Shown: positions 1 to 20,347 of the stretch, piece after piece
Position numbering within the stretch: the first letter of the stretch is position 1
Layout of the letters: the number at the start of each line of letters is the position of its first letter
Source: the human T2T-CHM13v2.0 reference genome, Homo sapiens
Assembly (NCBI RefSeq): GCF_009914755.1
Contig: NC_060925.1
Reading direction: 5' to 3' (one strand)
Length of the DNA stretch: 64,000 nt
Translations under genes and position numbers: made by a program
Notes under the pieces: generated by a model
The model's input: only the letters and a program-made list of their open reading frames with translations
Databases searched by the model: none
What the model was told of the DNA's origin: nothing

Positions 1-85
1 GCTTTCCTGTCAAGCTTCTTTTAGACCCCATGCTCTAGCGTTGCTTCACTGGGGTCTTTGTCACCCCACGTTGGGCAGCCAGGAA
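1..85 (-). mobile_element. HERV-K (HML-1/HERVK14-like) proviral leader with tRNA-Lys primer-binding site; internal sequence runs off the left edge
   Basis: Reverse complement of 64-81 is TGGCTGCCCAACGTGGGG, matching the tRNA-Lys(CUU) PBS TGGCGCCCAACGTGGGG with one inserted base, 4 nt downstream of the LTR end. Confidence 0.75.
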
Positions 86-432
86 TGTTGGGGTGATCAG
101 ACCCAACACCAGGTCGTGGGGGCAACGAAGTCGGCAGAGTCAAAGGATTGAGAAAAAGACAGTTTGAGAGAGAGAAGTGGGACCAGAGGTCCATTGCTAT
201 TGTGGAGGCTGCTAAGGCCCCAAGCTCTGGGAGCCCACACTATTTATTGGTAATCCAACAAAGAAACAGGTGGTGAGGATGTGGGGGTTGAAAGGAAACA
301 GTGTATCAAGTGAATGAGAAACATATGGCTGCTTGACATAATGGCAGTGCTAGAAGCAAGGAGCCAGCAAGTCTAGGACACATGCAAGCCCTGCCTCAGC
401 TTCTCTCCCAACACTCAGCTTTTCTCCCAACA
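86..432 (-). mobile_element. 5' LTR of a HERV-K class provirus (LTR14A-like, 347 bp)
   Basis: TG...CA termini with TGTTGGG/CCCAACA inverted ends; AATAAA on the - strand (tttatt ~244); adjacent Lys PBS. Subfamily name from memory. Confidence 0.7.
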
Positions 433-1410
<978 letters not shown>

Positions 1411-1585
1411 ATGCTAGACTATGAACTACTGCCAGGCTATGAGCTACTACATGAGCCATAGGCTATCAGCTACTGCTTTCCTACATATCAGGAATAGACT
1501 AGGGGAAAAGTATCATTCACAATAGTAATGAACATCAATTTTACAATTTTACTCAGGAATAATATATATATATATAATATATATA

Positions 1586-5749
<4,164 letters not shown>

Positions 5750-5769
5750 CTCCCTCATTTTTTCTTGTC

Positions 5770-6680
<911 letters not shown>

Positions 6681-6773
6681 TAACTTATCTTTAAATTCCA
6701 TTAATATTGTAAATGTTCTCAAATATTAGTTACTAATGGACAGAATTTTACAATACTTCATGAATATTTTTTA

Positions 6774-7058
<285 letters not shown>

Positions 7059-7097
7059 TCAAAAAAAATAATAATAATTAAAAACAACAACAACAAG

Positions 7098-7594
7098 CTC
7101 TTTCTGCCGTCTTACTGTGCCACCATAATGGTGCACATAAATGTCCTGGCAGATGTTCTCAAGAGCATCAACAATGCTGAAGAGAGAGGCAAAGGCTAGG
7201 TTCTTATTAGGCTTTGCTCCAAAGACAACATCTGGTTTCTCACTCTGATGATGAAGCATGTTCAAATGTTCAAATTTGAACATTGGCAAATTTGAGGTCA
7301 TCGATGATCACAGAGCTGGGAAAATTGTTGAGAATCTCTCAGACAAGGTTACACAAGTGTGCAGTGATCAGGCCCAGATTCGACATATAACTCAAAGATC
7401 TAGAAAAATGGCAGAATAATCTCTTCCCTTCCCCTCTGTTTGGTTTCATTGTACTGACAACCTCACCTGACATCATGGGCCATGAAGAAGCAAAATGAAA
7501 ACACACAGCGAGTAAAATCCTGGAATTCTTTTTCTAGGGATGTAATACACATGTACAAATAAAATGCTTCAGTGGACAAACAAAACAAAACAAA
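7098..7594 (+). pseudogene. RPS15A: Full-length processed pseudogene of RPS15A (40S protein uS8)
   Basis: 5' TOP-like CTCTTTC; ATG 7128 MVHINVLADVLKSINNAEERGKG then premature TAG; later DDHRAGKIV and DLEKWQNNL; ends FFF-TAG 7535-7537; AATAAA 7558; A-rich tail. Symbol is the parent gene. Confidence 0.93.
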
Positions 7595-8139
7595 GCAACT
7601 GTTTAGGCCAACTTATCTGCTGGAAGTTCTCCAAGTACCGTAGAGGCAGCATGCACCAGCATCAAGGCCTCTGCTGTAGGACACCACCACCTCACTAGCC
7701 TATTCCCTTTGCCACCAGCCAGCTCCACTTCTTCATATAAATAGGCCTTGATTGGCCCATTGGAACCCAGAACCCAGTCTTTTTACCCCAAATCTAGTAG
7801 CATAGGGCTGGAAGTGAAATATAATAAGGATGGGGCACAGCACCTCTTTCATAATTTTTTTTTTTTTTGAGATGGAGTCTTGCTCTGTCGCCCAGGCTGG
7901 AGTGCAGTGGTGCAATCTTGGCTCTTACGGGTTCTATGCCATTCTCCTGCCTCAGCTTCCTGAGTAGCTGGGACTACAGGGGCCAGCCACCAAGCCTGGC
8001 TAATTTTTTTATATTTTTAGTAGAGACGGGGTTTCACCGTGTTAACCAGGATGTTCTCGATCTTCTGAGCTCGTGATCTGCCCGCCTCCGCCTCCCAAAG
8101 TGCTGGGATTACAGGCGTGAGCCACCGCACCCCGCCCAT

Positions 8140-8541
8140 AATGTTTAACCTTGCCTTTTACTTAAAAGAATTCCGGGAACTGGCTTTAGGAAATCTAAAT
8201 ATTAAACTAAGGTTGTGGAGTGTCCCACCTCAGGAAGAAATGCTGAACAATTGATTTACAGCCTTGTTGCTGTTCGCCAGACCACCAGGTGGGTGATCCA
8301 TTACTCAATAAAGCCATCAAAACCAGATAAGGCTGACCCGCATACTCTACCCCTCATGTGCTTTGCCCAGCCCAACCTGCATACTCTACCCCTGATTGTC
8401 TAATAAAGCAGAGTTAGTCAGGTAGTCCTCTCCGTTATGTCTGTGCATAAGCTCTAACAAGCCTTGTATGGGAACACTCCTTCAGCCTCATGTCAATTTC
8501 TATTGCACTGAGAGCCCAAGAACACGTGATCTTAAGTAACA
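8140..8541 (+). mobile_element. ERV1-class LTR fragment (subfamily uncertain; probably continues 5' of the Alu at 7855-8135)
   Basis: LTR-like 3' end (...gagagcccaagaac...gtaaca), AATAAA, internal GCATACTCTACCCCT direct repeat. Confidence 0.45.
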
Positions 8542-8577
8542 GAAGGCTTTAACCTTTAAAAAATCTAATCACAGTAA

Positions 8578-9185
<608 letters not shown>

Positions 9186-9322
9186 TGACCTCAGGTGATC
9201 CACCTGCCTTGGACTCCCAAAGTGCTGGGATTACAGGCTTGAGCCACCTTGCCCAGTTTTTTTTTTTTTTTTTTTAGACAAGGTCTTGCTCTGTCACCCA
9301 GGCTGGAGTGTAGTGGTGTGAT

Positions 9323-9900
9323 TGTAACTGCCCAATGGGTTCACCTTGCCCACTACCTACACAGAGCCCATTTATCAAGACAGGGGAATTGCAATAGAGA
9401 AAGAGTAATTCACACAGAGTGGGCTGTGTGGGAGACCAGAGTTTTATTACTCAAATCAATCTCCCCAAGCATTCAGGGATCAGAGTTTTTAAGGACAACT
9501 TGGTGGGAGGGGGGAAGCCAGTGAGCTGGGAGTGCTGATTGGTCAGATCAGAGATGAAATCATAGGGAGTCAAAGCTGTCTTCTTGCGCTGAATCAATTC
9601 CTGGGTGGGGGCCACCAAGATCATATCAGCCAGTTTATTGATCTGGGTGGTACCAGCTGATCCGTCAAGTGCAGGATCTGCAAAATATCTGTGGAATATC
9701 TCCCTGGTCTTAGGTTTTGCAGTAGTGGTCTTATCCCCAGAAGCCATTTGGGGAGAGTCAGAGTCTTGTAGCCTCCAGCTGCATGACTCCTAAACCATAA
9801 TTTCTAATCCTGTGGCTAATTTGTTAGTACTGCAAAGGCAGTCTAAATCCCCAGGGTTTGTTTCGGGAAAGGGCTGTTATCATCTTTGTTTTAAACTATG
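9323..9900 (-). mobile_element. LTR8-family LTR (5'-truncated), lying between two pieces of one Alu (9257-9322, 9903-9948)
   Basis: Begins on + with TGTAACTGCCCAATGGGTTCACCTTGCCC (LTR8 3' end); homologous to 433-1410. Confidence 0.85.
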
Positions 9901-10604
9901 AACAAGTGATCCTCCCACCTCAGCCTCCCAAAGTGCTGGGATTTTAGGCAGTAAGAAGAAATAAGGGATTAAAAGCAAAAGACCGAATTCTCTTTGTTTA
10001 TTCATATGCTGTGTATTGACTGAACTACCAGATATTGAGGCTTCTTTGCTTATTAGCTGCATGACTTTGGGCAAGTCAAGTTCCACCTGAGCCTTGCAAG
10101 TCAGGCCTGGGGAGTCCAACCACCCAGAACCTTTGAGTCTCTGTTAGAGAGCAAGACCCTCTCTTAAGAAACAAAAATAAAACAAAAAAAGAGTATTGGG
10201 ATATGGGGAGTTTGGCTCCTGTAGAAAGGGTAGTCTGGGAGGCCTGTTAGAGGAGTTAACATTGGACCTGAGACCTGAGGATGAACAGAAGCCATCCTGA
10301 AAGAACTGGGAAAATAAAGAGGTGGCCAGGCGTGGTGGCGCACGCCTGTAATCCCATCACTTTGGGAAGCTGAGGTGGGCGGATCACCAGGTCAGAAGTT
10401 CAAGACCAGCCTGACCAACATGGTGAAACCCCCCTCTACTAAAAATACAAAAACTAGCCAGGCGTGGTGGCATGGGCCTGTAATCTCAGCTACTCAGGAG
10501 GCTGAGGCAGGAGAAATCGCTTGAATCCAGGAGGCAGAGGTTGCAGTGAGCCGAGATTGCGCCACTGCACTCCAGCCTGGGTGACATAAGAAAACTCTGT
10601 CTCA

Positions 10605-11210
<606 letters not shown>

Positions 11211-11459
11211 GGCGCTTTAGTGGTGCCTTTATTCAGATTTGAGTCTGGAGTCGGGTCTGAGGGGTGGGGCTCGTTCAAGCGGAGGCACGGTGGAGACAGA
11301 GGGAATTGGACTCAGTCGGGGGGCAGCAATGGAAGTCAGCAATTGCTTAGGGCGGAATGCGATTTCCGGGGAGGAGGCGCGGGTATGTAGACAGAGGGGG
11401 TTGGGACACACCAGGAGGGGAGGAGCCAGCCCCAGAGATCGGGAATCCTCTCAGACCTT

Positions 11460-11525
11460 AGTTACAAGGCTCCATCCTCACTTTGTTCGCTCCTCAGTCG
11501 TCCAGGCGGATTCCTTTTTCGCCAG
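11460..11525 (+). other. L1TD1: L1TD1 exon 1 (5'UTR; start uncertain)
   Basis: Ends TTCGCCAG|GTAAGG at 11525/11526 within the CpG island. Confidence 0.75.
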
Positions 11526-11880
11526 GTAAGGCTGGCCCGGGTGCATGGGGCCCGGCGTGCCCTGGGTAAGGCTGGCCCAGGCGCGTGGGGTCCGGGGCGC
11601 CCCGGGTAAGGCTGGGCCAGGCGCGTGGGGTCCGGGGTGCCCCGGGTAAGGCTGGTCCAGGGGCGTGGGGTCCGGGGTGCCCCGGGTAAGGCTGGTCTAG
11701 GCGCGTGGGGTCCGCAGCGCCCCAAGTAAGGCTGGTCCAGGAGCGTGAGGTCCAGGGTGCCCCGGATAAGGCTGGTCCAGGCGCGAAGGGCGCGGGGTGC
11801 CCCGGGTAAGGCTGGCCCAGGTACGTGAGGCCCGAGGTGCCCCAGGCAAGGCTGATCCGGGTGCGTGCGTGGGGCCCGGG
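11521..11880 (+). repeat. GC-rich 40-bp minisatellite, 9 units, beginning at the exon-1 splice donor
   Basis: Unit ~CCCGG GTAAG GCTGGTCCAG GCGCGTGGGG TCCGGGGTGC. GTAAG at 11526, 11566, 11606, 11646, 11686, 11726, 11806; ATAAG at 11766; GCAAG at 11846. Confidence 0.97.
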
Positions 11881-12478
11881 TAGGGGCAGGCAGTTGGCCC
11901 CCTCACTTGACTCCCTGCTCTTTCCCTTACTGTCCGTGGCGCAATGAGAAAAAAACTCTCCTAAGACTTATCTATCCCCAAATTGGAAACATGAAAGTAG
12001 TTCTGTGAAGAAAAAATAAAGTCAAGAAAATGAGGTGGTGCTTGACAAGTCCTAGCTTTAGAAAAAGGATGGAGGGGCCGGGAGCAGTGGCTCACGCCTG
12101 TAATCCCAGCACTTTGGGAAGCCGAGGCGGGCGGATCACCTGAGGTCGGAGTTCCAGACCATCCTGACCAACATGGAGAAACCTCGTCTCTACTAAAAAT
12201 ACAAAATTAGCCAGGCGTGGTGGCGCATGCCTGTAATCCTAGCTACTCAGGAGGCTGAGGCAGGAGAATCGCTTGAACCCGAGAGGCGGAGGTTGCACTG
12301 AGACGAGATCGCGCCATTGCGCTCCGGACTGGGCAACAGGGGCGAAACTGTCTCAAATAAAAAAAGATGGAGGGCTGGGCGTGTTATTTTCCAGCACTTT
12401 GGGAGGCCGAGGCGGGGGCGGATCACGAGGTCAGGAGATCGAGACCATCCTGGCCAACTTGGGGAAACCCCGTCTCTA

Positions 12479-12661
<183 letters not shown>

Positions 12662-13037
12662 TTATGTGACTGGAAAAATTGATTTGGAAGTAATAACTTT
12701 TGCATTTTCTTCAATTTCCTCCAATTGTTAGGCAAATCGAATTCTTGTTCAAATTGCAAAAGGAAAGCGTGCCTTCCATAATAATAGACCCCAACTCTCA
12801 CAAAGAAGAAACCATTCTCTCCGGCCCCTCCCTGGCCTCCTCAGATCCACCTCTGGGTCCTCCCATTCCCTGCAGCCCTCTCCCGACTTACACCCCAGAC
12901 TCTGCTAATTGTGTGTGCCTTTTTAAGCAAACACATGCATAGATAAGTGCTTTTTTTTCCCAGTCTTCAATATAAGGTGATTTTCTACATTAAATAAACC
13001 TTAAACTTTGGTGTTATGAACTTGACTTGAATTCTAG

Positions 13038-13131
13038 GCACCAAGGCACAGCTTAGAGTAGACCCGAGTCCTGCTCTGCGGAGTTCGTCTTCCCAGCGAA
13101 GGTACAGAGGCGGATGAACTGCTGAGACTTG
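13038..13131 (+). other. L1TD1: L1TD1 exon 2 (non-coding, 94 nt)
   Basis: TTCTAG|GCACC acceptor and TTG|GTAAGT donor; CpG-rich unique sequence among Alus. Confidence 0.8.
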
Positions 13132-13174
13132 GTAAGTAGTTTAGTGGATTAGGGGTAGGATTAGTGGCGGGTAA

Positions 13175-13453
<279 letters not shown>

Positions 13454-13595
13454 TAAAGTGATGGGATTACAGGCGTGAGTCACTGCGCCTGGACTGGGGA
13501 GGGGTATTTTAGAGTGAAACAAGGGAAATGACCTTGGGTCTGATAAAGAAATGAGCCCTACTTATAATCTAGTGTGGGTCAGGACCCTTTTGCAG

Positions 13596-13702
13596 TCTGG
13601 TGCTATTAGCAGAACCCACAGTTCGTCATCGCTAGAAACCACATTTTGTTTCACATAACAGTTGTTGCAGGTTTTGCATTCTCACTACTTCAAGATTAAA
13701 AG
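13596..13702 (+). other. L1TD1: Candidate alternative 5'UTR cassette exon of L1TD1
   Basis: CCCTTTTGCAG|TCTGG acceptor and AAAG|GTAGGG donor in unique sequence between two inverted Alus. Confidence 0.4.
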
Positions 13703-13769
13703 GTAGGGCCAGGTGTGGTGGCTCACACCTGTAATCCCAGCACTTTGGGAGGTTGAGGAGGCCAGATCA

Positions 13770-13952
<183 letters not shown>

Positions 13953-15861
13953 TCACTCCAGCCTGGGCAAGAGTGAGACGCCCTCTCAAAAAAAATAAAT
14001 TTTATATATATATATATATAGTTTAGTCCTGCTACTCAATCTTGTTTAGTAGTAGGTTAAGAAGCTCATATATTCCAAATTTTTTATTATCTAAAAAAGT
14101 TTTTTAGAGATGGTTTTGCTATGTTGCACAGGCTGGTCTCAAATTCCTGGCCTCAAGTGCTCCTGCTGCCCCGAAAGGTGCTGGGATTACAGGCTTGAGC
14201 CACCGCACCCAGCCCAGCACTTTGGGAGGCCGAGGTGGGCGGATCACCTGAGGTCTGGAGCTGGAGACCAGCCTGGCCAACATGGTGAAGCCCCATCCCT
14301 AAAAATACAAAAATTAGCTGGGTGCAGTGGTGCACGCTTGTAGTCCCAGCTACTCGGGAGGCTGAGGCAGGAGAATCACTTGAACCTGGGAAGCGGGGGT
14401 TGCAGTGAGCTGAGATTGTGCCACCTGCACTTCAGCCTGGGCGACAGTGAGACTCTGTCTCAAAAACAGAAGAAAACAAAACAAAACAAAACAAAACCCT
14501 GTAAATTACTTGAATGCCCACTGCTGAGGGAATTACTTATTGAACCAAAATATGTTCAAAATATGGCATGTCACACATAGAAGAGTGAGGTGTGCATATA
14601 TAACTGGAAGATTACAAATGGCCTATTGAAAAAAAGAAAATAGTGTTAAAAGTATAAAGCTATTAAAAAAAAGTAAATGTCCCCATACCCAAGGAGAGAG
14701 ATGTACTAACTAGAAGTCGAAGTTGGCATTCTCCTTTATTGTCCTCCCATGCACCCATAAAAACCAGGCACTTTATCTTGGTATGGTAGCATGCCTGTAA
14801 TACCAGCTCCTCAGGAGACTGAGGTGAGAGGATCACTTGGTCCCTGGAGTTTGTGACCAGCGAACAGTGATCACACCACTGCTTGCCACGCTGGGCGAGA
14901 GTGAGATCTCAAAAAAAAAAGCAAAAACACAAAAGTCACCTGTACGTTGTGAGAGATACCACACCAAACTTTGGGTGGCCTCAGAGGTCAGATAATAGAG
15001 ACTGAGGTGAGGGACTAGTAATTGTTCTTATTTAAAAAAAAAAAAAGAAGAAAAGAGAAGTCCATAATCCCCCCAGCAAATTCAGAAAAACACACACACC
15101 GACCCCCCGCCGCCGCCCCACCCCGCCGATAAGAACAGGCTGCCAGTGTTGAAAAGGTAATACACCACAAAGGAAATGCAAGCAGATAAACATATGAAAA
15201 GATGGCAGTCACAAGCCAAGGCAATGCAAATCAACAAGCTTTTTTCCATCCCTAAAATTAAAGGAAGTTTATCCGCCCTCCCAACCCCCAGTCCCTTGAG
15301 GGAAGTGCTAAACATTTCTTGCCCTTTCCAACCGGTGCTCTCCTGTATTGTATACTTTTAAAGTAACCTTAAAATACAAAGCAGAACTTGGGAGTACACT
15401 GGTGAAAATCTCCGGTCTCCCTAATCACTTTTTTTTTTTTGGCAGGGTCTTGCTCTGTCACCCAGGCTGGAATGCAGTGATGCAATCATAGCTTAGAGTA
15501 ACCTTGAACTCCTGGGCTCAAATAATCTGACCGCCTCAGCCTCCCAAGTAGCTGGGACTGCAGGCAGAAGCCAGGACGTCTGGTCCCTGAGCCCTTTTGA
15601 TGGCTACCATCCAACCCTGAGACAAAATTTGCTAAACTTGTACCAGCCTCTGCTTTCTTCTTGATCAGGGATTTTGAACCCAGAGTGCCTGGGTAGTGTC
15701 TGGCTAGAATTCAGAGTATCTGATATCTTGGATGTGAAAAAGGTCACGTATATTTATTGTCATTAAACGCTAATCATAATTTAGCATTTAGCATTTGAGG
15801 CTGGGAGCAGTGGCTCATGTTTGTAATCTCAGCACTTTGGGAGGCTGAGGCAGGTGGATCA

Positions 15862-16079
<218 letters not shown>

Positions 16080-16782
16080 TCAAAAAAAAAAAAAAAAAAA
16101 TCAGCATTTGATACAGTTAACAACAAATAATAAATCCCACCGTGCCCGGCTGTAATTTTCAGTTTTAAGCCAGGCATGGTGGTGCGTGCTTGTATTCCCA
16201 GCTACTCAGGAGGCTGAGACAGGAGTTTGAGTGTAGCCTCGGCAACATCGCAAGACCCTGTCTCTTTTAAAAAAAATAACTTAATTTCGAGTTTCTCATT
16301 GCACCTGTCATGTACTATAGAGTGACTCTTGGAAAACACATTACCCAAAAAAGGTAGTGTTAGATAATAGGGCACTGGCCAGATTAATTACTGAAAAGGT
16401 CAAAAAATCCCCAGGGTCACTATGAATGTGGCCAGGGTGGATATTTGCCCCTGCACTGGCTGTAATCAGGGTGTTCAAACACTGGAATGTGTTTTGATTT
16501 GCATTCTCCTGACTAATATAATCTTTTTGTGTTTACTGTACATATGGTTTTTGTATATGTGTTTACAAAATTGGATTGTACTCTATATTTTCTGCACCAT
16601 TTTTTCCCTCTAGTATACCAAAGACATCCTTAACCAATGGGTATGATTCTAATATACTCTTATTATGTATGGTATAATTTTTATATGTACGTTGAACATA
16701 TTGTATGCACCATATAGAGTATATATATCATAACATGGTGTATATATATATAACAATGTATATTATGGTTATGATTATTTGA

Positions 16783-17058
<276 letters not shown>

Positions 17059-18598
17059 TAATGTATATTATAATGTATATTTTATAAATTAATGTATTTA
17101 TGTACTTATATATAGTTATATCTATTCTATATAATCCCATCGTGTGCATAAATCATCATTTGTTCCACCCTTCTCTTATTAAAGGACATTGTTTTCTAGT
17201 ATTTTTTGGCCAGAAAAAACTCAGTACTAAAATTTCTATTCATGTATTCCTAAGTGTACAGGTGGTTTCATTCCTAATGGTAGATTCTCAAGGGGAGAGT
17301 ATATGTATTATTTCTGACTTTAATAATAGGCTTTTCGTTTCCTGAAATGTTTAATAACTATTCCTACTTCTGATGGGTAAAAGTGGTCTCATTGTTTTTT
17401 TATTATGTACTCAACTCCTGGGATTGGGCCACTTTTCACATGTTTACTATTGATTTACATTGTCTTTCCTAAAAATATTTTATTTAGTTTTAGTTTATTT
17501 GTTTTATTTTATTTTTATTTTTACTTTTTTTTTGAGATGGAGTCTTGCTCGCTCTGTTGCCCAGGCTGTAGTGCAGTGGCGTTAACCCTAATTCAACCTC
17601 TGTCTACCGAGGTCAAGTGATTCTCCTGTCTCAGCCTCTGGAATAGCTGGGATTACAGGCGCCCGCCATCATGCCCAGCTAATTTTTGTATTTTTAGTAG
17701 AGACAGGGTTTCACCATGTTGGCCAGGCTGGTCTGGAACTGCTGACCTCAGGTGATCTGCCCTCCTCAACTTCCCAAAGTGCTGGGATTACAGGCATAAG
17801 CCACTGCAACCGGCCTCAAGTACATTTATTGTAGCGTTTATTGGACACAATAAAGGCACAATTGTTATCAGAAAAATTTGTTCTTATGTGCCTGTAGAAG
17901 TTTACCCTTGTTTTCAGCTTTCTGTGTCATCTTGGCAAGTCAAGTAGAAGTCTATTTCACCAGGGAGAGCTCAGTGGTTTTCCTTAAGGATTTTCAGTTT
18001 AAAAAAAAATATTAGAAGCATTATCAGGCTAGACCCGGTGCCACTGCACTCCAACCTCGGCGAGTGAGACCCTGCGTAAAAAAAAAAAAAAAAAAAAAAA
18101 ATTAGCATTTTCAAACATCAATAAAAGTAAGAACTCATCACCTAGATTCAAAAACAAATATTTTCCCCCATTTGTTTAATCTCTCTTTTTTCTTTCTTAG
18201 TTGTTTGCTGTGTTTTAAAGTAAATCCCAGACATCATGCCATTTCACCTGTAAAAACTTCAGTATGTAGCTCTTATAAAATAAGGAGACTTTCTTAACTA
18301 AATACAGTATTGTTACAGTTAATAAAATATATATTCCTCAATATTTAATAATCAGTCCATATTCAGTACTCCCTGCATTTTACAGTTGATTCATTCAAAT
18401 AGAGATCCAAAATAGGGGGAGCGTACATTGCATCTAGTGAATTCCCTTAGTCTCCTGAATGAGAGTGGGCCCCTTTATTCCTGTTGAAGTCCTGTATAGG
18501 GTCCTATGGACCTGTCCGGTGGACTATTTGGTTGCTTTCTCAGTCCTTGATTAGATTCAGACACTACTGGTGCTGGGTTTTTAAAATTTACTTAATTA

Positions 18599-18888
<290 letters not shown>

Positions 18889-19714
18889 TCAAAAAAAAAA
18901 AAAGGCTGAGGGTGAAATGTGTAATTAATATTGATTCCTTCTCTTTTTTAGTAATCATTTACATGTTTTACATGTTTCCTCTTTTGACCTTTACTCTGGT
19001 GTAATCAAGATTTTCTGTATACATTTGTCCCCCTTACCTCCTGTTGCTCATATTTTGGAAGTTACTTTGTGATAAATGAGTGCCGTGTTTTTTAAACAAT
19101 TTTTTGTAACTATCATGCTTTTTTCTTTTTCTTTTCTTTTTTTTTTTTTTAGCTGTTCATTTAAAATTTTTTATTTTTTATTTTTTTGAGACAGAGGCTT
19201 ACTCTGTAGCCCAGAGGCGTGATCTGGGCTCATTGCAACTTCCACATCCAGGGTTTAATTTTTTTTTTTTTTTTTTTTTTGAGACAGAGTCTTGCTCTTT
19301 TGCTCTTGTCGCCCAGGCTGGAGGCAATGGCACGATCCCAGCTCACTGCAACCTCCGCCTCCTGGCTTCAACTGATTCTCCTGCCTCAGCCTCCTGAGCA
19401 GCTGGGATTACAGGAACCCACCACCACGCCCAGCTAAATCTGTATTTGTAGTAGAGACAGGGTTTCACCATGTTGGCCAGGGTAGTCACGAACTCCTGAC
19501 CTCAGGTGATCTGCCCACCTCGGCCTCCCAAAGTGCTGGGATTACAGGCATGAGCCACCTCACCCAGCCTAATTTGTTTTTTAAAAAAACTGGAGATGAG
19601 GTCTCACTACATTGCTGAGGCTGGTCTCAAACTCCTGGGCTCAAGCAATCCGCTCACTCACCTCGGCCACCGAAAGTGCTGGGATTACAGGTGTGAGCCA
19701 CTGCGCTTGGCCTG

Positions 19715-20012
19715 TTTTAAATTTTTATGGTTACATAGTAGATGTATATATTTATTTCCATACAGGCATGCAATGTGTAATAATCACATCAGGGTAAATG
19801 GGGGTATCCTATGCACTACCTCAAACATTTATCATTCTTGTTACAAACATTCCAATTATACTGTTTAAGTATACAATAAGCTATTGTTGAGTGTAGTTAC
19901 CCTGCTGTGCTATCAAATACTAGATTATTTTTGTACCCATTAACCATCCCTATTCCCTACATCCACCCACCTACTACCCTTCCCAGGCTCTGGTAACTAT
20001 CATTCTACTCTC
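19715..20012 (-). mobile_element. Old L1 (L1MA-type) 3' end fragment in intron 2
   Basis: Characteristic antisense L1MA 3'UTR (aataatcacatcagggtaaatggggtatcc; ctctggtaactatcattctactctct). Confidence 0.7.
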
Positions 20013-20164
20013 TTTTTTTTTTGAGACAGGGTCTCACTCTGTCGCCCGGTACAGTGGCGTGATCTTGGCTCACTGCAACCTCCACCTCCCAGGTTCAAGT
20101 GATTCTTATACCTCAGCCTCCTGAGTAGCTGGGACTACAGGTGCGTGCCACCACGTCTGGCTAA

Positions 20165-20347
<183 letters not shown>

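Larger units (their letters stand above)
11240..11950 (+). promoter_or_regulatory. L1TD1: CpG-rich promoter / first-exon region of L1TD1
   Basis: High GC and CpG density, GC-box-like motifs (GGGGTGGGGC, GGGCGG), no obvious TATA, followed by a consensus donor CAG|GTAAG. Confidence 0.8.

Noticed and set aside
11521-11880. Regularly phased repeat resembling a CRISPR array, and the Pro/Arg-rich ORFs across it
   Set aside because: Whole units are homologous with no unique spacers, there are no cas genes and the context is human. The ORFs are by-products of a GC-rich repeat.
15110-15235. KLF-like, SOX-like and octamer (ATGCAAAT 15224-15231) motifs as a pluripotency enhancer
   Set aside because: Not in composite SOX-OCT spacing, and the octamer lies in what looks like an old L1 fragment where this word is common; unsupported without ChIP data.
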